Shown piece by piece: positions 1 to 9,930 of a stretch of 50,830 bases of DNA (its first letter is position 1; each line of letters begins with the position of its first letter). Both the position numbers and the translations under genes were made by a program. This DNA is from an uncultured Nitrosomonadaceae bacterium (GTDB lineage: Bacteria > Pseudomonadota > Gammaproteobacteria > Burkholderiales > Nitrosomonadaceae): NCBI GenBank assembly GCA_905612245.1, contig CAJQRL010000008.1:1-50830 (forward strand). Reading direction: 5' to 3'. The notes under the pieces were generated by a model. That model had not been told where the DNA came from, did no database searches, and saw nothing but the letters and a program-made list of their open reading frames with translations.

Positions 1-57
1 TAATACTGTAGCGGAAATTATCTTCTGATAAAAACATCCGCTACAGTATTATTTTTT
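1..57 (+). terminator. Putative intrinsic terminator or long hairpin at the window edge
   Basis: Perfect 15-bp inverted repeat TAATACTGTAGCGGA (1-15) / TCCGCTACAGTATTA (37-51) with a 21-nt loop, followed by TTTTTT (52-57). It is convergent with the 3' end of prlC. Confidence 0.45.
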
Positions 58-187
58 AGTAAATTATTTTAGTACCAACCAATTCCCAGAATAACCAACC
101 AAATCAAATTCCTTGTTTTAGCCGTCCATCCTAAATCTTTTTAGGATATCTTTTCCCGGTAATTAGATCAGTTCAATCACCGCCCAT

Positions 188-2278
188 TTATTTAACTGCC
201 ATGCCACAATGTTGTAATAACGCGTCTATTTTTGGCTCCCGCCCACGTAATGCTATAAATGAGTCTAATGCCTTACGGCTCCCACCCACAGCAAGAATTT
301 CATCACGGAACCGAGTGCTAATCTTCTCATTTACCGTCCCTTCCGTGCTTTCCTCAAACATACTATAAGCATCCGCAGATAATACTTCTGCCCACTTATA
401 ACTATAATAACCAGCCGCGTATCCGCCTGCAAAAATATGTGAAAAACTATTAGGAAAACGATTGAATTCTGGTGGAATAATAACTGCCACTTTCTTACGA
501 ATACTATCCAGCAAATCTAATACTGTCTCGCCCTCTTCCGGATTAAAATCAAAATGTAGGTGCATATCAAACAGTGAAAACTCTATTTGACGCAGAGTCT
601 GCAGACCACTCTGATAATTTTTTGCAGCAATCATTTTATCGAACACTTCCCGAGGCAGTGATGCTCCGCTATCGATATTCTGTGTCATGCCAGACAGTAC
701 ATCCCATTCCCAGCAAAAATTTTCCATATACTGACTAGGTAGTTCCACTGCATCCCATTCCACGCCATTGATCCCAGAAACGCCTAACTCCTCTACCTGA
801 GTAAGTAAATGATGCAAACCATGGCCAAATTCATGGAATAAAGTTATGACTTCATCATGAGTAAAAAGTGCTGGCCGTATTTGACCGTTTATATTTACCG
901 GTTTCGCAAAATTACAATTAAGATATGCCACCGGAGTTTGAATATTATTTTCAATTCGCCTACGGCTAACAGCATCATCCATCCACGCGCCACCTTGTTT
1001 ACCAGGACGCGCATACAGATCAATATAAAATTGTCCTATCAGTTTTTCATTAGTATCTTTTATGCTAAAAAATTTAACATCAGGGTGCCAGAACTGAAGG
1101 TCAGAACTCTCCTCTGAAGAAGTAATGGTAATCTGATAAAGGTCTTTAACTAGCCCGAACATACCCTCCAATACTTTAGATTCAGGGAAATATTGTTTGA
1201 TTTCCTCATCAGAAAAAGCATAACGATCAACCCGCAATTTCTCACTAACATATGCCAAGTCCCATGACTCGAGGTTATTTAATCCAATCTGATCAGAGGC
1301 AAACCGTTGCAGTTTCTCTAGATCATTCTTAGCATATGGCTTAGCTTTAACTGCAAGATCAGTTAAAAATTCTAGAACTTGCTTAGGTGTTGAGGCCATT
1401 TTTGACGCCAATGACACTTCAGCATAGCTGTTAAATCCGAGTAGCAGTGCTTCCTCTTTACGTAATTCAAGTATTTTTCTTATAAGTGGAGTGTTGTCCC
1501 AGTCAGCCTTGCCGCCAGAATAAATCTCAGCGGTTACCCCTGCTTCACTAGCACGTGTAGAATAAGCTTGGTACATTTTTTTGCGTAATTCTCGATCATC
1601 AGCATACTGCATGATTGGCTGATAAGAGGGTGCATGCAACGTGAATTTCCAGCCAGAAACATTATCCTTTTTAGCTATTTCTTTTGCTGTTTGAAGTACA
1701 TCATCTGGAATGCCAGATACCTCTTCTGCATTTTCTATATGCAACATAAAATTGTTAGTGGCATCCAACAGATTGTCGCTGAACCTTGAAGTAAGTGCAG
1801 ATAGTTCTTCCTGGATATTAAGAAATCGTTTTTTTTGCTCAGACTTTAGCTCTGCGCCACCTAGTTGAAAATCTCGTAACTCATTTTCAACTATCATTTT
1901 CTGGGAAGAACTAAGGTCCTTAAATTCACTACTATTGTGAAGTTTTTTAAACTTCTCATACAGCGCCTGATTTTGCGCTAGCCCAGCATGGTATTTTGTA
2001 ACTATTGGCAGAGTAGTGTTATATGCCTCACGCAATTCCGGACTATTCATTACCGAATTTAAATGCGACACCTGTCCCCATGCGCGAGATAATTGTTCAT
2101 GTGCATCTGTCATTGGCTGCACAAAGTTCTGCCATGTTGGCTCAGCAGAATCGCTAAGAACCGTTTCAACAATTAAACAACTTCGATCCAATAGCTCTTT
2201 TACAGCTGGGGCAATGTGTCTGTTTTCAATATCAGTAAAGTGCGGTAAATCAGAGAAATTAAGTAATGGATTAGTCAT
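188..2278 (-). CDS. prlC: Oligopeptidase A (M3 family zinc metallopeptidase)
   Basis: 696-aa ORF with an HEFGH zinc-binding motif. Length and overall sequence are typical of oligopeptidase A. Confidence 0.9.
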   Translation of the reverse strand: MTNPLLNFSDLPHFTDIENRHIAPAVKELLDRSCLIVETVLSDSAEPTWQNFVQPMTDAHEQLSRAWGQVSHLNSVMNSPELREAYNTTLPIVTKYHAGLAQNQALYEKFKKLHNSSEFKDLSSSQKMIVENELRDFQLGGAELKSEQKKRFLNIQEELSALTSRFSDNLLDATNNFMLHIENAEEVSGIPDDVLQTAKEIAKKDNVSGWKFTLHAPSYQPIMQYADDRELRKKMYQAYSTRASEAGVTAEIYSGGKADWDNTPLIRKILELRKEEALLLGFNSYAEVSLASKMASTPKQVLEFLTDLAVKAKPYAKNDLEKLQRFASDQIGLNNLESWDLAYVSEKLRVDRYAFSDEEIKQYFPESKVLEGMFGLVKDLYQITITSSEESSDLQFWHPDVKFFSIKDTNEKLIGQFYIDLYARPGKQGGAWMDDAVSRRRIENNIQTPVAYLNCNFAKPVNINGQIRPALFTHDEVITLFHEFGHGLHHLLTQVEELGVSGINGVEWDAVELPSQYMENFCWEWDVLSGMTQNIDSGASLPREVFDKMIAAKNYQSGLQTLRQIEFSLFDMHLHFDFNPEEGETVLDLLDSIRKKVAVIIPPEFNRFPNSFSHIFAGGYAAGYYSYKWAEVLSADAYSMFEESTEGTVNEKISTRFRDEILAVGGSRKALDSFIALRGREPKIDALLQHCGMAVK

Positions 2279-2328
2279 ATTGGTCTATAAATAGTTGCTT
2301 CACATGAATGCTTATCTCAAATTAAAAT

Positions 2329-3603
2329 TTAGTCCTCGTATACGATGATGCCGTTTGCCAAAGTGTACTTCACCTTTCCCAGCAGTTCCATACCAAGAAA
2401 CGGTGTATTCTTACCTTGGCTCTTGAGTATTGAAGCCTCAACTCTCCAGTGTTGGTCAGGATCGAAAATACACAAATCAGCTGCTGTACCTACAGACAAA
2501 TCACCGGCCTCCACACCAAGTATTTTGGCTGGTTCTGAGGTAACTTTGGCCACCGCAACAGCAAGAGGAATATTTATTTCTTCTGCCCATTTTAATACAA
2601 GCGATAACAATAATTCTATGCAGGTAGAACCAGCCTCAGACTCGCCAAAAGGTACTAATTTTGCATCTTCATCAACCGGCGCATGATCAGAACACACCGC
2701 ACCTATAGTGCCGTCGACTAAACCAGCACGTAATGCATCCCGGTCGCTTATAGCTCTCAGTGGTGGAATAAGATGACAGTTAGAATCAAAAGAACTAATA
2801 TCCATTTCTGAAAGATGTATGTGGTTGACCGCTACATCACAAGTAATAGGCAGCCCTTGCTGTCTTGCCGCCCTAACCATAGCTACCCCTTCTGCACTAG
2901 AAATACGACAGAGATGAACCTTAGCACCGGTTTCTTTTGCTATTAAGATAATCTTCGACAGAGCTATTGTTTCAGCACATACAGGGATCGCTGGCAAACC
3001 TAAACGAGTTGCCACTTCACCATCATGAGCCACCCCACTATCAGCAATACTGTCATCCTCAGGGCGTAACCAAACTCTAAAACCAAAAGTAGAGGCATAC
3101 TGCATTGCCTGCATCATCACTCTTGTATCGAGTAACAACTTATCAGACTGACTGAATGCAACACAGCCAGCATCATGCAATTCAGCCATTTCCGTCAATC
3201 GCTTTCCCTTTAACCCTTGTGTCAGGGCACCAATAGGATAGACATGAGCCTGATTCAGGCTTTTGGCACGATGCTTTAACATCTCAACTAAGCCTGGCTC
3301 ATCTAGTGGCGGATCTGTATCAGGAGGGCATGCAAGGCTAGTAACCCCCCCTGCGACCGCCGCCCTCATTTCAGATTCAAGTGTAGCCTTATACTCAAGC
3401 CCCGGCTCACGTAACCGTACTGATAAATCCACAAGGCCAGGGCATACTACTAACCCCTTAGCATTTATAACGTGATTAGCCTGAAAAGAATCTGGCTCAG
3501 CACCTATAGCAACAATCTTTCCGGCAACGATATACACATCATTTAAGGCATCCATACCGTTTTCAGGATCAATTACCCGCCCATCTTTAATAAGGACTCT
3601 CAT
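2329..3603 (-). CDS. Dihydroorotase-like protein, probably the non-catalytic PyrC' partner of aspartate carbamoyltransferase
   Basis: 424-aa amidohydrolase-like ORF immediately downstream of pyrB. The canonical DxHxH metal motif is replaced by DLSVR (PGLVDLSVRLREPG). Confidence 0.85.
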   Translation of the reverse strand: MRVLIKDGRVIDPENGMDALNDVYIVAGKIVAIGAEPDSFQANHVINAKGLVVCPGLVDLSVRLREPGLEYKATLESEMRAAVAGGVTSLACPPDTDPPLDEPGLVEMLKHRAKSLNQAHVYPIGALTQGLKGKRLTEMAELHDAGCVAFSQSDKLLLDTRVMMQAMQYASTFGFRVWLRPEDDSIADSGVAHDGEVATRLGLPAIPVCAETIALSKIILIAKETGAKVHLCRISSAEGVAMVRAARQQGLPITCDVAVNHIHLSEMDISSFDSNCHLIPPLRAISDRDALRAGLVDGTIGAVCSDHAPVDEDAKLVPFGESEAGSTCIELLLSLVLKWAEEINIPLAVAVAKVTSEPAKILGVEAGDLSVGTAADLCIFDPDQHWRVEASILKSQGKNTPFLGMELLGKVKYTLANGIIVYED

Positions 3604-3681
3604 AAGATTCTATTCTGAATTCCGTAATAAACTATAAATTACTCTACACATTATGTGAAATATTTCCTCTTATTAATAAAT

Positions 3682-4629
3682 TTAATTTCCCGCCAAGATT
3701 GTCATTACCGCCATCCGTACCGCAATTCCAAAAGTTACTTGTGGAAGAATTACAGATTGCTTCCCATCAGCCACAGCTGAGTCAATCTCAATACCACGGT
3801 TCATTGGGCCGGGGTGCATGACGATAGCATCATGTTTCGCTAGGGCTAGTTTTTCCTGTGTAAGCCCATAATATTTAAAATATTCCTCAGCACTAGGAAG
3901 ACGCGCACCCAACATACGCTCATTCTGTAAACGCAACATTAAAACAACATCTACACCTTTAAGTCCCTGCTCCATGTCGTGATATACGTGTACGCCAAGA
4001 CGCTCAACTTTAGTTGGCAAAAGGGTCTTGGGTGAGATTACCCTTACTTCAGGTACACCTAGAGTAGTTAGCGCATGAATCTGTGAGCGCGCAACTCTTG
4101 AGTGCAAAATATCGCCGACAATAGCCACACGTAAATTATGAAAATCATGCTTATAACGGCGAATAGTAAACATATCCAACAATGCTTGCGTCGGATGTGC
4201 ATGCCGCCCGTCACCAGCATTTATAACGTGAATTTCAGGGCGCACATGGCGTGCTATCAAATGAGCCGCTCCGCTTTGTGAATGTCGCACAATGAACATA
4301 TCAGCATTCATTGCAGAAAGATTATTCACCGTATCCAACATTGTCTCCCCCTTAGACTGAGAGGAAGCTGCAATATTAAGGTTCACAACATCAGCGGATA
4401 ATCGCTTAGCTGCAATTTCAAATGTGGTACGAGTACGAGTACTAGGCTCAAAAAAAAGATTGAATATAGACTTACCTCTGAGCAATGGTACTTTCTTAAT
4501 ATCACGCTGAGTTACACCTACAAATGATTCTGCGGTATCAAGTATTTTTAATAAAATGGGGGCAGGAAGCCCCTCGGTAGTAAGGAGGTGTTGTAACTTA
4601 CCATCTTTATTTAACTGGGGATTATTCAT
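3682..4629 (-). CDS. pyrB: Aspartate carbamoyltransferase catalytic subunit
   Basis: 315 aa with STRTR and HPTQ motifs characteristic of ATCase. Lies in a pyrR-pyrB-pyrC' arrangement. Confidence 0.95.
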   Translation of the reverse strand: MNNPQLNKDGKLQHLLTTEGLPAPILLKILDTAESFVGVTQRDIKKVPLLRGKSIFNLFFEPSTRTRTTFEIAAKRLSADVVNLNIAASSQSKGETMLDTVNNLSAMNADMFIVRHSQSGAAHLIARHVRPEIHVINAGDGRHAHPTQALLDMFTIRRYKHDFHNLRVAIVGDILHSRVARSQIHALTTLGVPEVRVISPKTLLPTKVERLGVHVYHDMEQGLKGVDVVLMLRLQNERMLGARLPSAEEYFKYYGLTQEKLALAKHDAIVMHPGPMNRGIEIDSAVADGKQSVILPQVTFGIAVRMAVMTILAGN

Positions 4630-5147
4630 TACTCTGGAGATATTTTGTCATATAAATTCAAACTAAGTTTTCCATTATCTTTCTGCTCTAAAGCCAACAT
4701 TTTATCCTCCGGCAAAACCATATCTGCTCCAACATAATTCGCTGCAATAGGCATCTCGCGTGCACCTCGATCTACCAGAGCGGCAAGGCGGATGCTGGCA
4801 GGTCGCCCGTAGTCAAATAGTTCGTTGATTGCAGCACGAATAGTACGACCAGTGTAGAGCACATCATCTATTAATATGATATGGCGGCCCTCTACTTCAA
4901 ATGGAATATTTGAAGGTTTAACCTGGGGGTGCAGACCAATTTCATGGAAGTCGTCACGGTAAAATGAGACATCTAGTGTCCCCAGAGGGGGCGTACACTC
5001 CAAGTCTTTATGTAATCGCTCTGCTAACCAAACTCCACCCGTATAGATACCAACTAATACGGTGTCTTTTGTAACGTCTGACCGAATTTTATCAGTCAGT
5101 TCAGCCAGCAGCTGTTCGGCATCAGGTAAGTTCATTCTGTCTATCAA
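4629..5147 (-). CDS. pyrR: Bifunctional pyrimidine operon regulator / uracil phosphoribosyltransferase PyrR
   Basis: 172 aa with the PRPP-binding motif [12 protein letters not shown]. Its stop abuts the pyrB start. The start could instead be the internal ATG at 5135. Confidence 0.88.
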   Translation of the reverse strand: MIDRMNLPDAEQLLAELTDKIRSDVTKDTVLVGIYTGGVWLAERLHKDLECTPPLGTLDVSFYRDDFHEIGLHPQVKPSNIPFEVEGRHIILIDDVLYTGRTIRAAINELFDYGRPASIRLAALVDRGAREMPIAANYVGADMVLPEDKMLALEQKDNGKLSLNLYDKISPE

Positions 5148-5604
5148 AATATGATTGTAATATTTGTTGAGCTGCTACTTGATCGATAACAAGCTTTTGT
5201 TTTTTCCATTTAACACCCGCTTCTCTCAATCCCATGCTTGCAGTAACTGAAGTATAGCGCTCATCCACAAGCTTAGTGCCAATCTTAAAGCGACCTTCTA
5301 AGCGACGTGCAAATCGTTTACTCAATTGTGTCAGTTTATGCTCAGTACCGTCAGGATGAACAGGTAACCCCACTACTAACCGTACCGGCTCCCATTCTTC
5401 AATTAATTTAGTAATGGCATCAAATCTATTTTTTGTAACTTCTCCACTTACTGTAACGAGTGGATGAGCTAAACCAAGCTCTAATTCACCAACTGCTACA
5501 CCAATACGCTTCTCGCCAAAATCAAAAGCCAGAACAGTTCCAACAGAGGGCTCTGCGTTACACGCCAAATTCTCTGACTTTGTATGAACTATAGGGCTAA
5601 TCAT
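5122..5604 (-). CDS. ruvX: Holliday junction resolvase-like / pre-16S rRNA nuclease RuvX (YqgF)
   Basis: 160 aa with the N-terminal motif LAFDFGEKRIGVAVG typical of YqgF. The yqgE-yqgF pairing is conserved. Confidence 0.88.
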   Translation of the reverse strand: MISPIVHTKSENLACNAEPSVGTVLAFDFGEKRIGVAVGELELGLAHPLVTVSGEVTKNRFDAITKLIEEWEPVRLVVGLPVHPDGTEHKLTQLSKRFARRLEGRFKIGTKLVDERYTSVTASMGLREAGVKWKKQKLVIDQVAAQQILQSYFDRQNELT

Positions 5605-5618
5605 TAAATATACTGCTC

Positions 5619-6179
5619 TTAAGCATGCCCCACCTCACCCGATAAAATAGAAAAATCTATGCCAAGCATTTGCATAGCCGCGGGTAATCTTTTATCCGGC
5701 AATAGGTCGAACATTATGCTGGGTGAAGCCGCAACCGTAAGCCAATCATTCTGAGCAAGTTCATGCTCAATTTGACCTGGTCCCCACCCTGAATATCCTA
5801 GTGTAACCAGTACCTTCTCTGGACCTTCTCCATTAGCAATGGCCTGCAGAATATCCGGTGAGGTTGTAAGCCCTAATTCATGATTTATTGTTAGCGTGGC
5901 CTGCCAGTCTCCGATTGGCTGATGTAGCACAAAGCCACGATCTTGCTGAACCGGGCCCCCAAATAATACAGGCAAATTTTTAGGATCTGAATTGTTACAA
6001 GGAATTTCAAGCTGATCAAACAAACTTTCCAAAGTCAGGCCAACAGCACGGTTTATTACTATGCCTAGCGCGCCTTGCTCATTGTGCTCACAGATATAAG
6101 TAAGAGTTTTGGAAAAACAGGTGTCTGCCATGGCCGGCATGGCAATCAAAAATTGATGGGTTAGATTAATGCTTTGCAT
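5619..6179 (-). CDS. yqgE: YqgE/AlgH family protein (UPF0301)
   Basis: 186 aa. The N-terminus LIAMP...F..T..YICEH...GALGIVINR is typical of the AlgH/YqgE family, and the gene sits upstream of ruvX. Confidence 0.85.
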   Translation of the reverse strand: MQSINLTHQFLIAMPAMADTCFSKTLTYICEHNEQGALGIVINRAVGLTLESLFDQLEIPCNNSDPKNLPVLFGGPVQQDRGFVLHQPIGDWQATLTINHELGLTTSPDILQAIANGEGPEKVLVTLGYSGWGPGQIEHELAQNDWLTVAASPSIMFDLLPDKRLPAAMQMLGIDFSILSGEVGHA

Positions 6180-6410
6180 GGGTAAGCTATTGTCATACCC
6201 TCTATTGTAAACTGGTTACTACTTATCTACAATTCTTCCGGTACAAAAATTAATAAAAACTCACATTCTCCTAGCCATAGAACACTTGGAAATTCTTAGG
6301 GGGTTTAAGAGAAGACATAAAATGAAAACAATTTTTTCTCACCTTCATGCCAAGCAATTACTGCTCTCATTTTATCGTTACCTACCTTCATTCTGTCTAG
6401 TGCATCAGCA

Positions 6411-6788
6411 CTAAGTACTTTTCAATCGATCCAATTCCGAATCTAGAAATGCACAAATATCGTTAGATTCATATAGCCATTTAACATTTTCAGCATCCGT
6501 CTCAATACGCAGACAAGGTACCATATGCTTTCCGCCTTCTCTGACTAATTCATTCTTAATTTCAATATTATCCCTAGCATCTCTTAGCTCAATATTTATT
6601 GAACGTCTGCGCATGTGCCTCCTAACTTTCACACAAAAAGGACACGCACTAAATTGATAAAGAGACATTCCTGACATTGCCGCATCAATTTCATCCTGCT
6701 CTACCTGACTCCGGATTGCTGGTTTAGGTCTGGTAAGAAAATTTGCTAAAAGTAAGATTCTACCAACCACATATCTAATTAATTTCAT
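6411..6788 (-). CDS. Glutaredoxin-family protein with an N-terminal hydrophobic segment
   Basis: 125 aa with a CPFC redox motif in a glutaredoxin-like context (LYQFSACPFCVKVR). The N-terminus is hydrophobic. Confidence 0.7.
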   Translation of the reverse strand: MKLIRYVVGRILLLANFLTRPKPAIRSQVEQDEIDAAMSGMSLYQFSACPFCVKVRRHMRRRSINIELRDARDNIEIKNELVREGGKHMVPCLRIETDAENVKWLYESNDICAFLDSELDRLKST

Positions 6789-6889
6789 TTTTACCTTATC
6801 CTTTTATTTCACTGTGATGGGATATATAGAAAATTTTGTGTGTGCTTTATTTACATTCTTCATTGTTCAAATCCTTTGTATAATTTTTA

Positions 6890-7336
6890 TTACAGCGATC
6901 CATCTAAAATGTACTTTAATATCCTAACAACCTGATCCTGATCTTTTGCTACTGCACAGGAAGATGCATCCACCTCTTTAAGAGCATGCTGATGTTCATC
7001 GTTATGAATAACAATAATTGATTTATTTAACGCTGAAGCATAACCCGCATCAAAAGCGGCATTCCATTGTTTAAATTTTTCCCCAAATTTAACAACTACT
7101 ACATCACAGTCTTTAATATATTTTTTGGTTCTAATAGAATTAATTTTTGCACCTTTGTTATCTTTCCAAAAATTTTTTTCCTCAGAACCAAGAATTTCAA
7201 CTCCACAATTATCCGAAGAATCATGATTTGTATTTGGAAAAGAAAATTTAATACTTAGATCTTCTTTCTTACAAAGTTGAATAATTTCTTCTCTCCAATC
7301 AGAGTGAATTTCTCCTGACAAATATACATTTAACAT
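6890..7336 (-). CDS. YtoQ family protein (nucleoside 2-deoxyribosyltransferase-like fold)
   Basis: 148 aa. The N-terminus VYLSGEIHSDWREEI and overall length match my recollection of the YtoQ family. Confidence 0.65.
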   Translation of the reverse strand: MLNVYLSGEIHSDWREEIIQLCKKEDLSIKFSFPNTNHDSSDNCGVEILGSEEKNFWKDNKGAKINSIRTKKYIKDCDVVVVKFGEKFKQWNAAFDAGYASALNKSIIVIHNDEHQHALKEVDASSCAVAKDQDQVVRILKYILDGSL

Positions 7337-7492
7337 TTAGCTTCCTTTTTATATTTTATTAATTGTTTTTTCATTTCCTAGCCTTAATTCCCAGACAGTT
7401 CTAGGTAGAGGCCTGAAGATAACCTCATACGTTAAATTTCAAAGAATAAAATAATACGTGATAAGAAGTTAGAGAGAATTGCTTCAGATTAG

Positions 7493-7927
7493 TTAGTCAC
7501 TAACCTTCTCTCCATTTTTGAATGTTCCTGTTCCTCTCTTATAAACAGTTCCATCTCCGTAATACTCAACCCAATCACCTTCCCACAATCCGTTTTTGTA
7601 ACTTCCTTTACTACTTAACTGTCCATTCCCGTGATACCCAACCCACTCACCTTCCTCTTTTCCGTTCTTGAAACTTACTTTACTCATTAACTGTCCATTA
7701 CCCCAATACCCAACCCACTCACCTTCTTTCTTTCCGTCCTTTATTCTGCCTTGTTCTTCCCCAGTTACTTTGCCTGTAAAAGGAGTTTCACTGAATTTTT
7801 CATAATAAAGACCACCTCGTTCAACCACAGAATCTGTCTCACCCTCTGTCTCACTCTCTATCTCACTCGAACAAGAGATAAGAAACAGGAGAAGTATCGG
7901 TAGTAGGAATAGTATTTTCATTTTCAT
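7493..7927 (-). CDS. Secreted lipoprotein with MORN-variant (YwqK-like) repeats
   Basis: 144 aa. Signal peptide with lipobox (LLFLISC). Repeats of the type G-x-W-x-x-Y-x-x-NGQL-x-x-KG-x-YKNG-x-x-EG. Conserved C-terminus EKVSD. Confidence 0.8.
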   Translation of the reverse strand: MKMKILFLLPILLLFLISCSSEIESETEGETDSVVERGGLYYEKFSETPFTGKVTGEEQGRIKDGKKEGEWVGYWGNGQLMSKVSFKNGKEEGEWVGYHGNGQLSSKGSYKNGLWEGDWVEYYGDGTVYKRGTGTFKNGEKVSD

Positions 7928-8128
7928 AGTTTACCTAGCTCGATTGCAGAAATTACTTAACAGTATCTTTTATGCAGTGTGAGGCAGTATTTTTCACCGC
8001 TGATGTAACATTCAATTTCTCTATTACCTGCCATTCACTTGCTCTTTTCGGAAATCACTATTCTTCCTACCAACTATTCCTTTATCAGACCATTTCTGAG
8101 CATCGAGAGGGGATCTCTATCAGAGTAG

Positions 8129-8473
8129 TTAGTCACCCCACTCACCTTCCATCACTCCGTTCTTGTAACTTCCTTTTTCCCTTACCTGTCCGTTTGAGTA
8201 ATAAATAATCCACTCCCCCTCCTCTTTTCCATTCTTGAAACTTACTTTACTCATTAACTGTCCATTACCCCAATACCCAACCCACTCACCTTCTTTCTTT
8301 CCGTCCTTTATTCTGCCTTGTTCTTTCCCAGCTACTTTCCCTGTAAAAGGAGTTTTACTAAATTTCTCATAATAAAGACCATCTCGTTTCACCAATTCAT
8401 CTATGGTCTCACTCAAACAAGGAGTAGAGATAAGAGACAGGAGAAGTATCGGAAGTAGGAATAATGTTTTCAT
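8129..8473 (-). CDS. MORN-variant repeat protein; short, apparently chimeric or truncated family member
   Basis: 114 aa with a signal peptide. 94 bp are identical to the 7493..7927 gene (8232-8325 = 7666-7759). The 3' part resembles an internal unit of the 9013..9930 gene. It ends GEWGD, so a repeat is fused directly to the family's terminal D-stop. Confidence 0.7.
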   Translation of the reverse strand: MKTLFLLPILLLSLISTPCLSETIDELVKRDGLYYEKFSKTPFTGKVAGKEQGRIKDGKKEGEWVGYWGNGQLMSKVSFKNGKEEGEWIIYYSNGQVREKGSYKNGVMEGEWGD

Positions 8474-8507
8474 TTTTATAATTTACCTAATATGAATATA
8501 ATCGAAC

Positions 8508-8792
8508 TCACGAAGGAACGGTTGCAGGTCGGTACAGGACAGTAATGCCACCGATTTGATGCACCACTTCGGCACTCAACTGGTGTTCTATTTGCGCACA
8601 TTGCTCAGTACGTTTATTTTTATCTGCGCCTCTGATACGAATTTTAATCAGTTCATGAGCATTGAGAGCGATATCAACCTCAGCGAGGACGGCATCAGTA
8701 AGGCCGTGCTGACCAATCATGACAACCGGTTTTAGTGAGTGCGCTTTTTTTCGTAACGTTTTTTTTTCAATATTCGAAAGATTTTTTTTCAT
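8508..8792 (-). CDS. yhbY: Ribosome assembly RNA-binding protein YhbY (CRM domain)
   Basis: 94 aa with LKPVVMIGQHGLTDAVLAEVDIALNAHELIKIRI, typical of YhbY. Confidence 0.88.
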   Translation of the reverse strand: MKKNLSNIEKKTLRKKAHSLKPVVMIGQHGLTDAVLAEVDIALNAHELIKIRIRGADKNKRTEQCAQIEHQLSAEVVHQIGGITVLYRPATVPS

Positions 8793-9012
8793 GGTAAATA
8801 CCTAATTTATGTATGCGTTGAATGCTATTCAACTGTCGTTTCCGTTTGGGGTTCGGTGGTAAATTGATACTACTTATTTTAACACTCTGCATCATCTACA
8901 GAATGTAACAAAGGATAGTTCGGGGATGTTCTTAAAGAGGAGTTAAATACAAATTTATTAACACCCCTTGCATCGCCGGGAATTGGAAGATGGGGCCTAA
9001 ACTAAATGGTAG

Positions 9013-9930
9013 TTAATCGCTAACCCTCAATCCGTTTTTGTATGTTCCTGTCTCTTGATTATTAAAAGTTCCATTGTCGTGATAACTAACAAACTGACCT
9101 TCTTGCTTTCCGTTCTTGTAATTTCCTTTTTTTTCTAACTGTCCATTTTCGAGATATCTAATCCACTCACCCTCCTCTTTTCCGTTCTTGTAACTCTCTT
9201 TACTCCATAACTGTCCCTTGCTGTGATATCTAATCCATTCGCCTTCCATCACTCCGTTCTTATAACTTCCTTTTCTCGATAACTGTCCATTTGAGTAATA
9301 ATTAACCCACTCACCTTCCTCTTTTCCGTTCTTGTAACTTCCTTTTCTCGATAACTTTCCATTGTCGTGATACATAAACGACTTACCTTCCCGTTTTCCG
9401 TTCTTGTAACTTACTTTACTTCGTAACTGTCCACTGTCGTGATACCTAACCTCTTCACCTTCTTCCTTTCCGTTCTTGTAGCTTACTTTACTTCGTAACT
9501 GTTCATTGTCGTGATACCAAAACAATTCACCTTCTAACTTTCCATTCTTGTAACTTCCTTTTCTCTGTACCCTTCCATTTGAGTAATACCAAACCGTCTC
9601 ACCTTCATCTTTTCCGTTCTTATAATTTCCTTTAATCCATAACTGTCCATTGTCGTGATACATAAACGACTTACCTTCCCGTTTTCCGTTCTTGTAACTT
9701 CTTTTTTCCCTTAATTGTCCGTTGTCGTTATACCAAACCCACTCACCTTCTATCACTCCATTCTTGTAACTTCCTTGTTCTTTCCCAGTTACCGCTCCAG
9801 TAAAAGGGGTGTCAGTGGATTTCTTGTAGTAAATACCATCTCGATCCACTAAATCATTCTTAGTCTCACTCAAACAAGGAGTAGAGATAAGAGACAGGAG
9901 AAGTATCGGTAGTAGGAATAGTATTTTCAT
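9013..9930 (-). CDS. Secreted MORN-variant (YwqK-like) repeat protein, long form
   Basis: 305 aa with a signal peptide. Eleven YKNG-anchored motifs define about ten tandem 24-aa (72-bp) units. C-terminus LRVSD. Confidence 0.82.
   Translation of the reverse strand: MKILFLLPILLLSLISTPCLSETKNDLVDRDGIYYKKSTDTPFTGAVTGKEQGSYKNGVIEGEWVWYNDNGQLREKRSYKNGKREGKSFMYHDNGQLWIKGNYKNGKDEGETVWYYSNGRVQRKGSYKNGKLEGELFWYHDNEQLRSKVSYKNGKEEGEEVRYHDSGQLRSKVSYKNGKREGKSFMYHDNGKLSRKGSYKNGKEEGEWVNYYSNGQLSRKGSYKNGVMEGEWIRYHSKGQLWSKESYKNGKEEGEWIRYLENGQLEKKGNYKNGKQEGQFVSYHDNGTFNNQETGTYKNGLRVSD
9358..9700. repeat. Perfect 55-bp intragenic direct repeat, copies at 9358-9412 and 9646-9700
   Basis: TCCATTGTCGTGATACATAAACGACTTACCTTCCCGTTTTCCGTTCTTGTAACTT occurs twice, 288 bp apart, which equals four 72-bp MORN units. 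Both copies encode KREGKSFMYHDNG. Confidence 0.9.

Noticed and set aside
6322-6414. 30-aa plus-strand ORF (MKTIFSHLHAKQLLLSFYRYLPSFCLVHQH) with a purine-rich stretch upstream, in the yqgE / glutaredoxin-like gene spacer.
   Set aside because: It is too short, has no recognisable features, and overlaps the stop of the convergent glutaredoxin-like gene. It cannot be supported without expression or conservation data.
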